Source: Callorhinchus milii
Lineage: Eukaryota
Length of the DNA: 64,000 nucleotides
NCBI RefSeq assembly: GCF_018977255.1
Contig: NW_024704742.1
Location: 63,986,001 to 64,050,000, forward strand
Reading direction: 5' to 3'
Positions 51,876 through 64,000 of the stretch are shown piece by piece; position 1 is the first letter of the stretch; every line of letters begins with the position of its first letter. A program made the translations under genes and the position numbers. The notes beneath the pieces are model-generated. The model had not been told where the DNA came from. It was given only the letters and a program-made list of their open reading frames with translations, and did not search any database.

Positions 51876-54800
51876 AGGGCACAGATTCAGAGTTATAAAG
51901 TCATTTCAAGACAGATATCAGGGAGTATTTGTTTACCCGGAGAATAATTAACAACTGAAACATGTTTCCAGGAAGGGTGGTTGAGGCAATCACTCTCTAC
52001 TCATTTAAAAAAAACAACTTGATGTTGTAATGGGAGGACAGAAGGGTGGGTATTTTGGAAGGATGAGATCGAATGTCTACAAAATATTATAAATATTTTG
52101 GGCGATTTCTTAAGGGGGTTTGTTAATTAAGGAACAGGATTGGGGGCTCAAGTAACTGATATTGAGTCACACACAGACCACACCGACTTGAGGGACCCTC
52201 TTTCCAAAGGTAGACACAGCTGATGCATTGGACTCCAAAATATGCAATCACTACACTTTACATGTAAATCCTATGAGCGTGATAAGGCACTACATCAAAC
52301 ACAATAAATATTATTATTATTATTCACATTTAGAAGTGAAACAAGCTGTTCAGGAAATCTAACTGTTTCACACTATTATGATGAACAGGATGTGTTGCTT
52401 TCTCTTTCTAACCAATATAGTTTGGTTAAATCCATTTTCATTGCCAGAGGGAAGGCTGAGCTGGGACCACAGATTTGACAAAGCAAAAACGATGGCATCT
52501 GAGACCCATAGATGCCTGAGCTTCATTGTGGTCAATAATGATGACACAATTAGCATTTGTCAATCATGTTTCCTTGTGATGTGCGAAAATCATTTGCAAC
52601 ACTTCTTAATCCATTCCTTGAGATTTGTATACATTATATTATATTATATACAGTCAATTCACTTTACAGTATATTCTGAGACATCTTAATGATGTGATAA
52701 GGTGCTATATTAAATGCAAGAATTATTATTATTTTTGTTTGAAATTACCGATTTAAAGCTGACATCATTTTACATTAGTGTTAAAATTCACTCCCCCGAG
52801 TATTGAGTGTGCAGCTCCAGAGACATCTGTTCCTAGCTCTTCCCTCTATCATCTCTGCATTCCAGCCACTCTTGGTTTAAAAGAATTACAGGAAACTAAC
52901 TTAATATAGTCCGTTCCTCAAGTGCCTGATTTTAAGTCCAAAAATGAGGTTCTAAAAACTTTAAAATAGCACAGATTTATTTAAAAATCTGCAAATTCAC
53001 TGTGTTAATTTGGAAGCTGTATTCCCAAATTTCCCGCAAAATCCTTTATTTTTCAGCCAATGGTCTTAAGGCTAAGATTAGGTGAATCTTTGGGCCTCCG
53101 GTGTTCAAAGCTGATCTCATGGGGCACATCCTCTTTGAACCAGTAAATATATCAAAAGATAAGACCTGCTTGGGTAAGGTTTCAAGTGTTTCATAATGGT
53201 ATTAATTAATACAAGGAACATGTTATGAACGATCACAAATCTGCTCCTATATTTTAACTACTTGACATTTTTAATGGGTGTGCAGCTAGTACCAATAATT
53301 CAAAATTAAGAGGTATTTGATCCAGCGCCCTTCACATTGGGAGGAGCTTCAAAGCTCTTCACGGGATACACTGTGGGTGACAATGAAGCTACATTTATGT
53401 ACTATTCGTAGCTCTTTTGTTTTGGTCAGACATGCGAAAATCCATCACCATGTTTAAGAGTATTCAAACCAAACTACTGAGAGTTCCACGTATGCATGGA
53501 TAACTTCCCTTGTCAGGAATGCAGTGCACACTCCCCCTCAAGAGAGCGATGGACTGTGCTCAATTAATCTCCCCAAAAGTAAAGGTACAGGCAAAAGCTG
53601 CTCAAGACAATCTGCTGCCCTAGGCAAAACTTATGTTCCACTCCCAGTCTTATCCCTTTAGAAGTTTGATAGCTTTAGCTTTAACTTAAGAAAGACAAAT
53701 TTACTTAAAAACCCCTACAGGCCACCTCCAGAATTAACACATGGTACTCGCTGCAGCCTGGTCCGTCTCAATTTCACCAGTCCAGCATTAAAAAAAAATC
53801 GCCTAGTTTGCCTATAGCTGGAACGGCCACTGGTTACAAGTTTGCTTGAGCTGAGGCTTGGAAAGCGATTGTTTAAGCAGCTAAACCCACACAGCTTGAC
53901 ATTGTAAACGATACTGTGGAAGCATCAAAAGTAAAAATGTTCATTATTGTTCAGGAGAAGATCAGAGTCGCAATATTTTTAGAGTAAAATCCTATAGTAT
54001 TAATTAATCTTCTACACACACAATGGAGGATGTTCCAGCTCTGCTGCTTCACGTGACACCGTGTCTGGTCCATTACATTTCCAATTTTGACGTCCTTCTG
54101 TGTTAACGTTATTTATGGCAATTTATCGCTTTGGAGTCTTACAGTCAGATGTAACATGGGAAGATTAGATTCTTAATGAGTAAATACAAGAAGAGAATAT
54201 CTATTGTGTACCAGGCTTGGAGCTACACCTGAAATACCTCTTTTGCTTGGTTAAAGTTTCAATGTATTTTAAATTAGAAATCAGTCCCATCTGTCAAAAT
54301 TCATAGAACATATGGGCATTCATTTGTCAATCGCTTTCAAGAATTCAAATCTAAAAGAACTTTCATCTATAAAAATACAGAGAAAGTCCTGAGTGAGGCA
54401 AGAGTTCAATTCAAAAAGAATTCCACGTTCCCCTGACCCACCCGCCCCACCATTGGCAGGAGAGCCTTCAGCCACTCTGCCCCCAACCTCTGGAATTCCA
54501 TCCCCCAGTCACTCCGCCTCGCCCCCTCCTTAGCCTCCTTCAAGTCCCGCCTTAAGACCCTCCTCTTCGACCCCCCTTCCCCTCCCCTCCCTTCCACCTC
54601 CAACCCCAGCTCGGGTCTGAAATGCTATACTCTGTCCAGCGCCTTGGGACATCCTCCCAACGTGAAAGGCGCTATACAAATGTAATCTTGTTGTTGAGTG
54701 TAACCAACTGAGCGAGGTTAACAGGCCAACCTGTATCTGTCTTCTGCTGGGTTCATGCACTACATCAGGACTTTGGACTCAGTGCAGAGTGACCCTCCAG

Positions 54801-55013
54801 TGTGGTGCTGGGGTTTGTTGCATTGTTCATCATATGATTCATTAAACTTAGGTCCTATTTGACTGTTGAGGTGGATGTTAAAGATCCCACAGCACTACTT
54901 AAAAACACTACTTAAAAACATAAGGGTGTACTTGTCAACAGTCCCCAAAATTGGTCATTCCATTCATGGCCATTGTGGGATACTGATGTATGCATTTTAT
55001 GTATGTATTGATG

Positions 55014-55287
55014 GCGCGAAACCTTAGGCAAGTTTCCTTACTCCACGCACACGCCTCGGTTTACCTAGCATTAAGTAGGAACTTGGTTGTTAATCGATTG
55101 GTGGATCGTTTTTCAGGCGTAAATTTGATCATTCAATCCACGACTGGGACATTGCTGTGCACAATTGATTGACGCGTTTCACCCACAAAATATCAATCAA
55201 CTCACTTTACAGTGTTTTCTGTGAAGCACTTTGAGATGTCTCAACGACATGATAAGGCGCTATATCAAATACAAGGATTATTATTAT
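55014..55287 (+). mobile_element. Headless long-variant SINE nested in a Deu-domain SINE (similar copy at about 56371-56720)
   Basis: Starts at gcgaaaccttaggcaagtttccttactcc and ends in an ATT tail. Confidence 0.8.
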
Positions 55288-57571
55288 GCAAATTTGGCTG
55301 CTGTATTTGTCTACAAAAAATAGAGTCACTATACTTTACAATAAATCTTTTGAAACATGTTAAGGTGTCTTCTCACCAAGAAAGGTGCTGAATGAAGTGC
55401 AAGGATTATTACAACAACAACAACAGGAGCCAAGGAGTGAGAAGGTTGGAGAAGTAGGGAGGTGCCAGAAAGTGAAGGGATTTGAACACGAGTGTGAGGA
55501 TCTTGAAATCGATCCGTTTGGTGATGGGGAGCCAGTGGAGTCTGGCCAGAACTGGTGAGATGAAGTTTTCGGCTGCATTTGGGATAAGGTATGGTCGGAG
55601 GCGGGCAATGTGGCGGAGGTGGAGGAAGGTGGTCCTGGTCAGGAACCGGATGTAGGGAAGGAAGGACAGCATAGTATTGACTGATAGTATTCAAATATAT
55701 ACAGATCAGTTTGTATATGATATGGCATTTAAAACACTTACATTTCATGAATAATAATATTTTCTTCCATTGAGAAACAAATAGCTATGTTGCGTATCAG
55801 TGCACACGTTTTTGTAATGTGGATTGCATGCACTCTCAGTTGAATCAAATGATTCAAATATGCTGGTCATTGCAGTGCCTTCACCAGGCAACGTGTTATT
55901 CAAGCATTACATAAGACAAAAAAAATTCAGCACAGCTATGATAATTAAGAATAACATTAAATTTGAAAGTATCCTTTGGAAGTCATGTTGAGGCACTCTT
56001 GTATCCTGGAGGAGCCAAATGCGTTAGATAGGGCAGAGATTCCATTCAATTCTTATTAACATTGAGCAACACTCGAAGCCCTTTCAGACATCCTTCCAAC
56101 ATGAAAGGCCTACAGTATGTAAATGTAAATTACGTTGTAAGACAGAAATACACAAAATAAAACAGATAAAATCTAGAAATTAATGCGAATGAAAAAGTGA
56201 ATTCGAAAAGTATGAGAACAAACAGTTATTATTGATTCAAATTGGAGACAAGCAAAAAGTAAAATCTCCCCTGACACATAATAGACTCGTGGAATACACA
56301 TTCACTGCACTCTACAGGAAAACCTTGGGAAGTGTGTTGAGTGTCTCGACAACATAAGTGGGTATAAATGGGCCGAAACTTTAGGCAAGTTTCCTTATTT
56401 CACACCCTCTGTTTACCTAGCATTAAGTAGGAATCCGGATGTTAGTGGATTGCTGGATCACTTTCCAGGGGTAATAACCCATCAAGAAAAATATGGTCAC
56501 TCAATCAACAACTATGAGTGGGACATTGTTGTGCTCAATTGACTGCCGCGGTTTCACTCGCAAAATACACAGTGACTCCACTTTACAGTATATTCTATGA
56601 AGAGGTCTGAGACGCTACCCTGCATGGAGGATGCTGTATAAGTGCAAGTTGTTGTTGTTATTGTTGTTGTCTCAATGACATGATAAGGCACTATACCAAA
56701 TGTAAGGATTATTATTATATTTCATATCAAATGCAAGGATGATTATTTTGTATTAGCAACCTAAGAAGCATATGTTGCAAATAGAATTAAGAAGCAAGCC
56801 GGATACTGTGAGAAAGCTGGTGGTGGGGTAGAAGAAAAGATTGCTTGCTAAAAACTTAAAAACTGAATAATTGGACCTGTTTGTTTAGATATTGTTGAGG
56901 CAAATCATACGGCAGTGGGTGGGGATGGGGGGTAGGGAAGGGTACAGAGTAGAAAGAGAGAGATGTGTTATGTGGTCATTATCACTCGTGATCATTGGAA
57001 AAGATGTTAATTATCACACTGCCAAAATTTGAGCCTTGAATTATTGTCTATTGGGGGATGAAAGGTTATTCTCCTATCCCCAAACCCCTATCCCACTGAA
57101 CTTTGGCATCATGCTCTAGTCCGAAGCAAGCTTGAAATGTCAGTGGCCACCGCTGATACTTCTGAGCTCAAGATTTTGTGATGCTTTATGGGTTAATGGC
57201 CCAGCTCCTATTTTCTGCCCTGTTTGCTCAGGCACTCAATCTTAGATTGCAGCAGCTTTTAAATTTTCTCTGTTATGGCTCTTGGTACTAATCATTGTGA
57301 AAAAAGAAAATCCTTCCTCCCATAAATAAACTGGTTCAGAAGCTGCAGGTCATTGAAATTCTTCAGAGTGGGAATATATATTATATGCAGGACTTGACTT
57401 TTGGATGTCACTGAAGGTTCAATAAATACCATATAAATTTTCATTATATAGTGCCTTTCATGTCTGGAGGGTATCCCAAAGCAATTAACAGACCTGGTTT
57501 TCACCTGAGCTGGGGGTGGGAGCCGAGCAGGGCGAGGAGGGAAAAGATGACTGAAAGCGTGGTCAAAGAGG

Positions 57572-57900
57572 TAATAATAATAATAATAATCCTTGCATTT
57601 GATATAGCGCTTTTCACGTCGGGAGGACGTCCCAAAGCGCTTCACAGAACACACTGTAAAGTGAATTGACTGTATATTTGTGGGCGAATGCGGCAGCCAA
57701 TTGCGCACAGCGATGTCCCACAAACAGTCGTAGATTGAAAATGACCAATTTATTATTGTTTTTTGTTTTTGGAGGGATTATTATTAGGCTCTGTGTGGAG
57801 TAAGGAAACTTGCCCAAGGTTTCGCCCTCTGCCTGGAATTGAACTCAGGTCTCTCGCTTGCAAAGCGAGTGCTCTAACCACTGAGCTACAGGACTCCACA
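57572..57900 (-). mobile_element. tRNA-headed SINE, short young variant, inserted in an L2 3' fragment
   Basis: Full match; the L2 remnant continues on both sides (about 57445-57571 and 57901-58040). Confidence 0.92.
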
Positions 57901-58324
57901 GGTAGGGCTTGAGCCGATGTTGAAAGAGGTGAGGGAAGAAGAATGTCCGAGGGATTCTGGGATGGAGTTCCAGAGAGTGTGGGAAGATAGGCTGAAAGCC
58001 TGACCAGGTAGGACAGGGTGCATTAAAGCAGACTGATGCCCACTGAGTGAATGAACCTGTGTCAAAGACTTTGACACGTCCTTCCGACGTGAAAGGCCCT
58101 GTACAAATGTAAATTGGTCTTGATGAAGCACAATAAACTAGCCAAACTCTGATTGAGCTAAACTGGTGTTCCGTGTGGCAGGATTAAAAAGCAGCAAATG
58201 TTGATTGGTAAAAACAAAAATTAAGCTTCAAATCAAACCTGGCACCAAATATTCTCTCCAAAACCTACAGATAAATAAAGGCAAGTTTCAATTACACTTT
58301 TCAGTAATGGTATTTCAGCCATAA

Positions 58325-58640
58325 TGTGGAGTCCTGTAGCTCAGTGGTTAGAGCACTCGCTTTGCAAGTGAGAGACCTGAGTTCAATTCCAGGCAGAGGG
58401 CGAAACCTTGGGCAAGTTTCCTTACTCCACACGCCTAATAATAATCCCTCCAAACAACCAAAAACAATAATTAAATTGGTCATTTTCAATCTACGACTGT
58501 TTGTGGGACATTGCTGTGCGCAATTGGCTGCCGCGTTCGCCCACAAATATACAGTCAATTCACTTTACGGTGTGTTCTGTGAAGCGCTTTGGGACGTCCT
58601 CCCGACGTGAAAAGTGCTATATCAAATGCAAGGATTATTA
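58325..58640 (+). mobile_element. tRNA-headed SINE, short young variant
   Basis: Near-identical inverted partner of 57572-57900. Confidence 0.92.
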
Positions 58641-58880
58641 TAATTTCCACCCTTTGTAAAACCAAAACTGCAATCGCAATCAACTTAATTGACCATACAA
58701 AAACACAAGGAGCCTTTAGCAAACTTGATGCACTCACATCATGATCAAAAAGTTAACCTTCAGCTGTAATTCAGGGTCTGAACATCTTTTAGTAATTTCC
58801 AGGTGACCTTGAAATGGTCTATGTAAATGCCACAGAAAAATCTGAGTTTTTTGAATTTTTAATTAGTGCAGCAACTGCAA

Positions 58881-59312
58881 GTGTCAGTCTGGCTCAGTGG
58901 TAGTACTCTTGCCTCTGAGTCAGAAGGTAGTGGGTTCAATCCGTAAATCATGACTTTGAACTGACATAATCCTGGCTAGCCACTCCAATGCAGAGCTGTG
59001 GGTGTGCTGCATTGTCAGAGGTGCCATCCTTCAGATGAAAAGTGAAACCAATGCCCAGTCTATCCATTAAACTGGATGATAAAGATCCCATGGCACTATT
59101 TGAAAAGAAAAGAGTTTGACCCAGTGTCCTGGCTAACAATCTCCCAGCTAAAATTTGTCATTGGCTGCATGGCGTTTTGTAGGTCATTGCTGTGCACAAA
59201 TTGGCTGCTGCCTTTGTCTACAAAATATATAGTTATAGCACTTTACAGTAAACTCTGTGAAGCACTTTGAGACAACTTATTAAGGCATTATATCAAATGC
59301 AAGGATTATTAT
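58881..59312 (+). mobile_element. Older Deu-domain SINE (SacSINE1/AmnSINE1-like), near full length
   Basis: Head gtgtcagtctggctcagtggtagtactcttgcctctgagtcagaaggtagtgggttcaa. Central ggtgccatccttcagatg...taaagatcccatggcactatttg...gtgtcctggc matches the Deu domain as I recall it. L2-type tail. Confidence 0.8.
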
Positions 59313-61074
59313 ATAAATAAAATATTCACTGAATCGGAAAGTCTTCTGAATAAGTGACATGCAATGTTTATATTGGAAGATTTAACAGTAAGGACTTACT
59401 GAATCAGATTTAGGCAGATTGTTTCTAGCTGTGGCAATCCCTTTCTGGGTCTTTGGGTTAAATCTGTCTGTCTGTCTCTATCTATCTGTCTGAATCTTTA
59501 TCTGTATGTCTGCCTGTAGAAAACTGTAACAGGGACAAAATATATATTTGATTTGTATTTTTATATTTGCAACATAAATAAATGAAATGAAGGTCAGTGA
59601 GATAAAGGGTAACAGGGGTTAAACTGACCCTCGATATTTGGTTCTTCAAGGTGAGAATAATTTAGTGGATATTGGGCATAGATTCAATATAATAACAATC
59701 CATTCATTTGATACAGCGCTTTATCATGTTGTCAAAATGTCTGTTGTTGAATCAAGGCCAAGACACTGACGTATTCAATAACCTTCTTCTTGTGACTCAT
59801 TTCAGCTCTTCATATAGGAATGTAAGATTCTGCTAACAAATGGCTTATATAATAATAATAATAATCCTTGAATTTGATGTAGCGCTTTTCACGTCTTCTC
59901 GACATCTCAAAGCGCCTTCACAGAATAGACTATAAAGTGAATTGACCGTATATTTGTAGGCGAAATGGTTTTATAATGGTTTTCCATTGTCATGTTTAAT
60001 TTGAAAATACAATTTGTGCAGTGTTGCACAACTATCAACTTTTGCTGGTCTGCAGTAAGAGTGGATGAGCACTGAAAAACTGGCTAATTATTTGTAAGAA
60101 TCACTTACGGCTAATATGCAGGTAACCTCCTCTATTAATACATTCATTGCTGGTTGTGAATTATTAAGGATACAAGTATCTGTTGTTAATGCTATTATTT
60201 TTCCAGCTAGAGATATTCTTAATCCTTAACAGAAAAGTGTCTGAGTACACCGAATACGTATGATTCCTTGAGTAAAATTTGCAAATAATAATCCGTGCAT
60301 TTTATATGAAGTATAATGTATGAAGTAAATGCACACAGCATTTTATCTGGGGGATTGTTAGCCAGGACATCAGGAGAAAGTCCCTTCTCTTTTTGAAGAG
60401 TGCCATGGAATCTTTAACAACATCAGCAACAACCCGCACTTATATATCACCTTTCACATGGGGTAGCATCTTGGAAATGTCCACCTGAATAGGCAGATGA
60501 ATCCTCAGTTTAATGTTTCCTCCGATCAATGGCATCTCTGACAATTCAACGCTCCCCAAGCACTGCAAAGTTCGATACCTGTCACAGATGTTAATTTGTA
60601 CCAGCATTATTTATCACTACCACTTGTGATGATTAGTGCCATTCTTATCTAAAGAGCTGATGTGAGTCACAGGAAATGTCCCTCTTTGAAGATGCCATTG
60701 GCCTTAGCTTGATTCAACAAGATTCATTGGATTGAGTATTAGAATAGCTCCTTGACACACTAAGTACATCGCTTTACCCACATTAGTGTGCCACCGATAG
60801 CTGCGTGCACAAAGCTCACAGTGTTTGATGCTAAGTGGTTTTCAACTCCAAAATTGCAAACTGATGTCCACAGAGGACTTAAAGATTAATACTTAAAGAA
60901 TCATAAAACCATAAAAATCTGTGAGGCTGCAGGTGTCCCATTGACCCATTTAGATGGTGGTGATGTTTACTCTCTTTTGAGGTTGTTTATCATAATCCAA
61001 ATTCTCTGCTCTTTCTCTGTATCCTCCAGTACCTTTCCTTAATACATACTTAAGAAAAAGTCTTAAGGATCAGA

Positions 61075-61181
61075 ATTTCTGACGAAGGGTCGTCGACCAA
61101 AAACGTTGACTCACTTTCCTTTCTCCATAGATGCTGCCTGACCTGTTGAGTGTTCCCAGTGACTTCTGTTTTTGTTTTCAG
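61075..61181 (+). mobile_element. Penelope-like element terminal remnant with a degenerate hammerhead ribozyme core
   Basis: ctgacgaagggtcgtcgaccaaaaacgttgact...atagatgctgcctgacctgttgagtgttcccag...ttctgtttttgttttcag resembles the common chondrichthyan Penelope-type end as I recall it. Confidence 0.65.
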
Positions 61182-61809
61182 GTATCAAGACTGATGTGAC
61201 TATAATGCACATGTACGTATTACTGCACAAAGCTCACCAGGAATTGTCTTTATTTAACCAAGTCATAGAAGATTTCTGCTTATATAAAAGGTCTGGTTTT
61301 CAGCAAGACATTTGACTTTATAGTATTATATTAAACAAAGCATCAGCTTGAAATGCTAGAAATGTTTTGTCTTTTTGAGTTATCTATGTAACACGTACAA
61401 CAACATAAATTTAATTTATGCAACGCCTTTCACGTTGGGAGGACATCTCAAAGCACTTCACACTGATTGGGAGTCGAGACTGAGTGGAGGGAAGAAAGGT
61501 GATCTTTTGGGTCCCTCCTGCCTAAAAAAGGTCTTAATGTTGGTGACGAAGGGGTGTGAGGTAGAGGGTGCTATGCGGAGGGATTCTGGGATGGAGTGTT
61601 AGAAAACGGGAGCTGATTGGGAGCCCATTGATGGTGGGGGAGGGGGATTGGATAGGGATCATGAAACAAGTAGCGGAGCAGAGGGAGCGGCTAATAAATA
61701 TATGAATAATATATTCTTTTCTTTACCCTCCTTTGTTTCTGGCTTTCCCACTGTTTTCAGAACTGAGCAAACAATAATAACCTAAGCAAAGTCAAGGGGG
61801 AAATAAAAT

Positions 61810-62857
61810 CATTAGATCATTAGAGCTTGTTTTGGAGAGAGTGTTCCTTCTAATAGAGGTAAAAAGAAAAACTCACGATAATGGAAATCCGAAATAAATG
61901 AAATGTCAGAAATCCAATCCAGAGCTGGTCAACAAGTGACAAATATATTAATATTTCAGTTGATGAGCCACAGCTGAAACTTTACTTTACTTTCCTCTTT
62001 CAAATATTAATGATCCTTGAATTTCACACAGCACAGCAACAAACCACAGCAACTATAATATCAACACATTTCAAAGTGCCTCACTGGTAATTGTATAAAT
62101 ATAAGTGACCATTCATTAGCTGGCAAAAAATGTAATGGTAATTTGAATACAGTAAAATACAAACAGCTATGAAGTGCCTGACTAATTTGTCTGGAGGATT
62201 GCTGGCCAGGACACTGAACTAAACTCATTTCTCTTTTTGAAAACTAATAATAACAATAATAATTTTTGCATTTGATATAGTGCCTGATCATGTCCTTGAG
62301 ATGTCTCAAAGCGCTTCACAGAATATACTGTAAAGTGAATTGACTGTATATGACGTGGGTGAAATGCGGCAGCCAATTGGGCACAGCAGTGTCCCACAAA
62401 CCGGCGTAGATTGAGTTATCAATTTATTATTATTATTTTTTTGAAGGAATTATTATCCCCGGAAAAGCAATCCGCCAATCAACTAACAACCGGGTTCCTA
62501 CTTACTGGTAGGTAAACAAAGGCACGTGGAGTAAGAAAACTTGCCCATCATTTCACCCTGCTGGGAATCGAACCCAGATCTCTCGTTTACCAGGCGAGTG
62601 CTCTAATCACTGAGCTACAGGACTCCACATTGTAGCTTCACATTGCAATGTCATCTTTAATATCCATTTGAACAGGCAAGCAGAACCTTGGTTTATTGCT
62701 TCACCTGAACGACATTAGATCCATTAGAGCTTGTTTTGGAGAGAGTGTTCCTTCTAATAGAGGTAAAAAGAAAAACTCACGATAATGGAAATCCGAAATA
62801 AATGAAATGTCAGAAATCCAATCCAGAGCTGGTCAATAAGTGACAAATATATTAATA
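61810..62857 (+). repeat. Local direct duplication: 61810-61953 and 62713-62857
   Basis: The 144/145-bp copies differ by one extra C and one C/T substitution. Confidence 0.95.
62246..62630 (-). mobile_element. tRNA-headed SINE, long variant, nested in a Deu-domain SINE
   Basis: Full match; the host SINE resumes at about 62640-62712. Confidence 0.9.
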
Positions 62858-64000
62858 ACTGGGAAATTAGACTTAAGGATTTGACAGTAGACCAGCAATG
62901 GCAGACATTTAAGAAGATAGTGCAAAATTCCCAGCAAGCACGTATTCCTTTGAGGAATAAGAATGCCACGGGAAAGGTAGCCCAACCGTGGCTAACTAGA
63001 GCAGTTAGGGAAAGTATAAAGTTAAAGGAAGAAGCCTATAAAACAGCTAAGGTGAGTAGGAAACCTGAGGATTGGGAGAACTTTAGGGATCAACAAAGGA
63101 GAACCAAAAAAGTGATTGAAAGGGCGAAAATGGAATGTGAGGGCAAACTAGCGAGGAACATAAAGACAGACTGCAAGAGTTCTTATAAATATATAAAGAG
63201 AAAGAGGCTGTCAAAGGTAAATGTTGGTCCGCTACAGGCAGAGACGGGGGACAAAGTAGGGGACAAAGACTGGCAGAGTCATTAAACAAGTACTTTGCTA
63301 CTGTCTTCACCTTAGAAGACACTGAAAACCTACCAAGAATAGAGGGGAACCAAGAAGACAATGTTAGCGAGCAACTTGGGGAATTAATATTAGTAAAGAA
63401 ATGGTTTTAGGTAAATTGTCAGGTCTTAAAACTGATAAATCTCCTGGACCTGATGGCCTACATCCTAGGGTTTTAAAAGAGGTGGCTACTGAGATAGTGG
63501 ATGGCTTGTCTTTGATCTTCCAAAATTCTCTGGATTCTGAAACGGTTCCCATTGATTGGAAGATTGCAAACGTAACACCACTATTTAAGAAGGGTGGGTG
63601 AGAAAAGATGGGGAACTATAGACCAGTTAGTCTGACATTAGTGGTAGGGAAAATTCTTGAGTCCTTAATTAAAGATGTCATTATGGGATTCCTGGAAGAC
63701 CATAACAAGATTAGGCAGAGTCAACATGGCTTTACAAAAGGGAAGTCATGCTTAACTAATCTTTTAAATTTTTTTTTTTTTGAAGATGTATCTAGCAGGT
63801 TAGATAGGGGGGAACCAGTAGATGTAGTACATTTAGATTATAAGAAGGCATTTGACAAAGTGCCACACAAAAGGCTATTGCACAAGGTTAAGGCCCACGG
63901 GATTAATGGGAATATATTAGCATGGATTGAAGAGTGGCTAGAAAACAGAGAATAGGGATAAACGGGACATTCTCGAATTGGCAGGATGTGACTAGTGGAG
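62858..64000 (+). mobile_element. CR1-clade LINE ORF2, 5'-truncated and frameshifted, continuing beyond the window
   Basis: Motifs QPWLT, KSPGPDGLHPRVLKE, DWKIANVTPLFKKG, NYRPVSLT, SQHGFTKGKSCLTNL and LDYKKAFDKVPH. Confidence 0.95.

Noticed and set aside
58329..58403. tRNA-Ala(TGC)-like cloverleaf, also present in the other SINE heads
   Set aside because: The T-stem and acceptor stem are imperfect, the anticodon loop varies among copies (TGC, CGC, GGT), and each head runs into a SINE body and tail. These are not tRNA genes.

Overview
Repeat-rich vertebrate genomic DNA. The retroposon content (L2 and CR1 LINEs, Deu-domain SINEs, Penelope-type ends) suggests a cartilaginous fish, possibly a chimaera; this is inferred from the repeats only. 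The only host gene I can support is the 5' end of palladin (PALLD) on the minus strand. It has one large coding exon (15448..14423) running into the first Ig domain, a probable non-coding upstream exon and promoter near 24.9-25.4 kb, and a possible alternative exon near 2.3 kb; downstream exons lie beyond the left edge. The rest is intronic or upstream DNA holding a near-full-length L2, two more long L2 copies, several CR1 fragments, two tRNA-derived SINE families sharing the L2 3' stem-loop, an unclassified non-coding repeat and Penelope-like end remnants. I found no demonstrably new biological system. The best leads are: two L2 copies that diverge mostly at synonymous sites yet share two frameshifts; a 145-bp templated copy of nearby DNA at a CR1 5' junction; a SINE tail that tracks the young L2; a degenerate hammerhead ribozyme motif; a myopalladin-like N-terminal extension on palladin; and divergent CTCF motifs. 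Family assignments come from recalled motifs, not database searches. Boundaries of old repeats are approximate.
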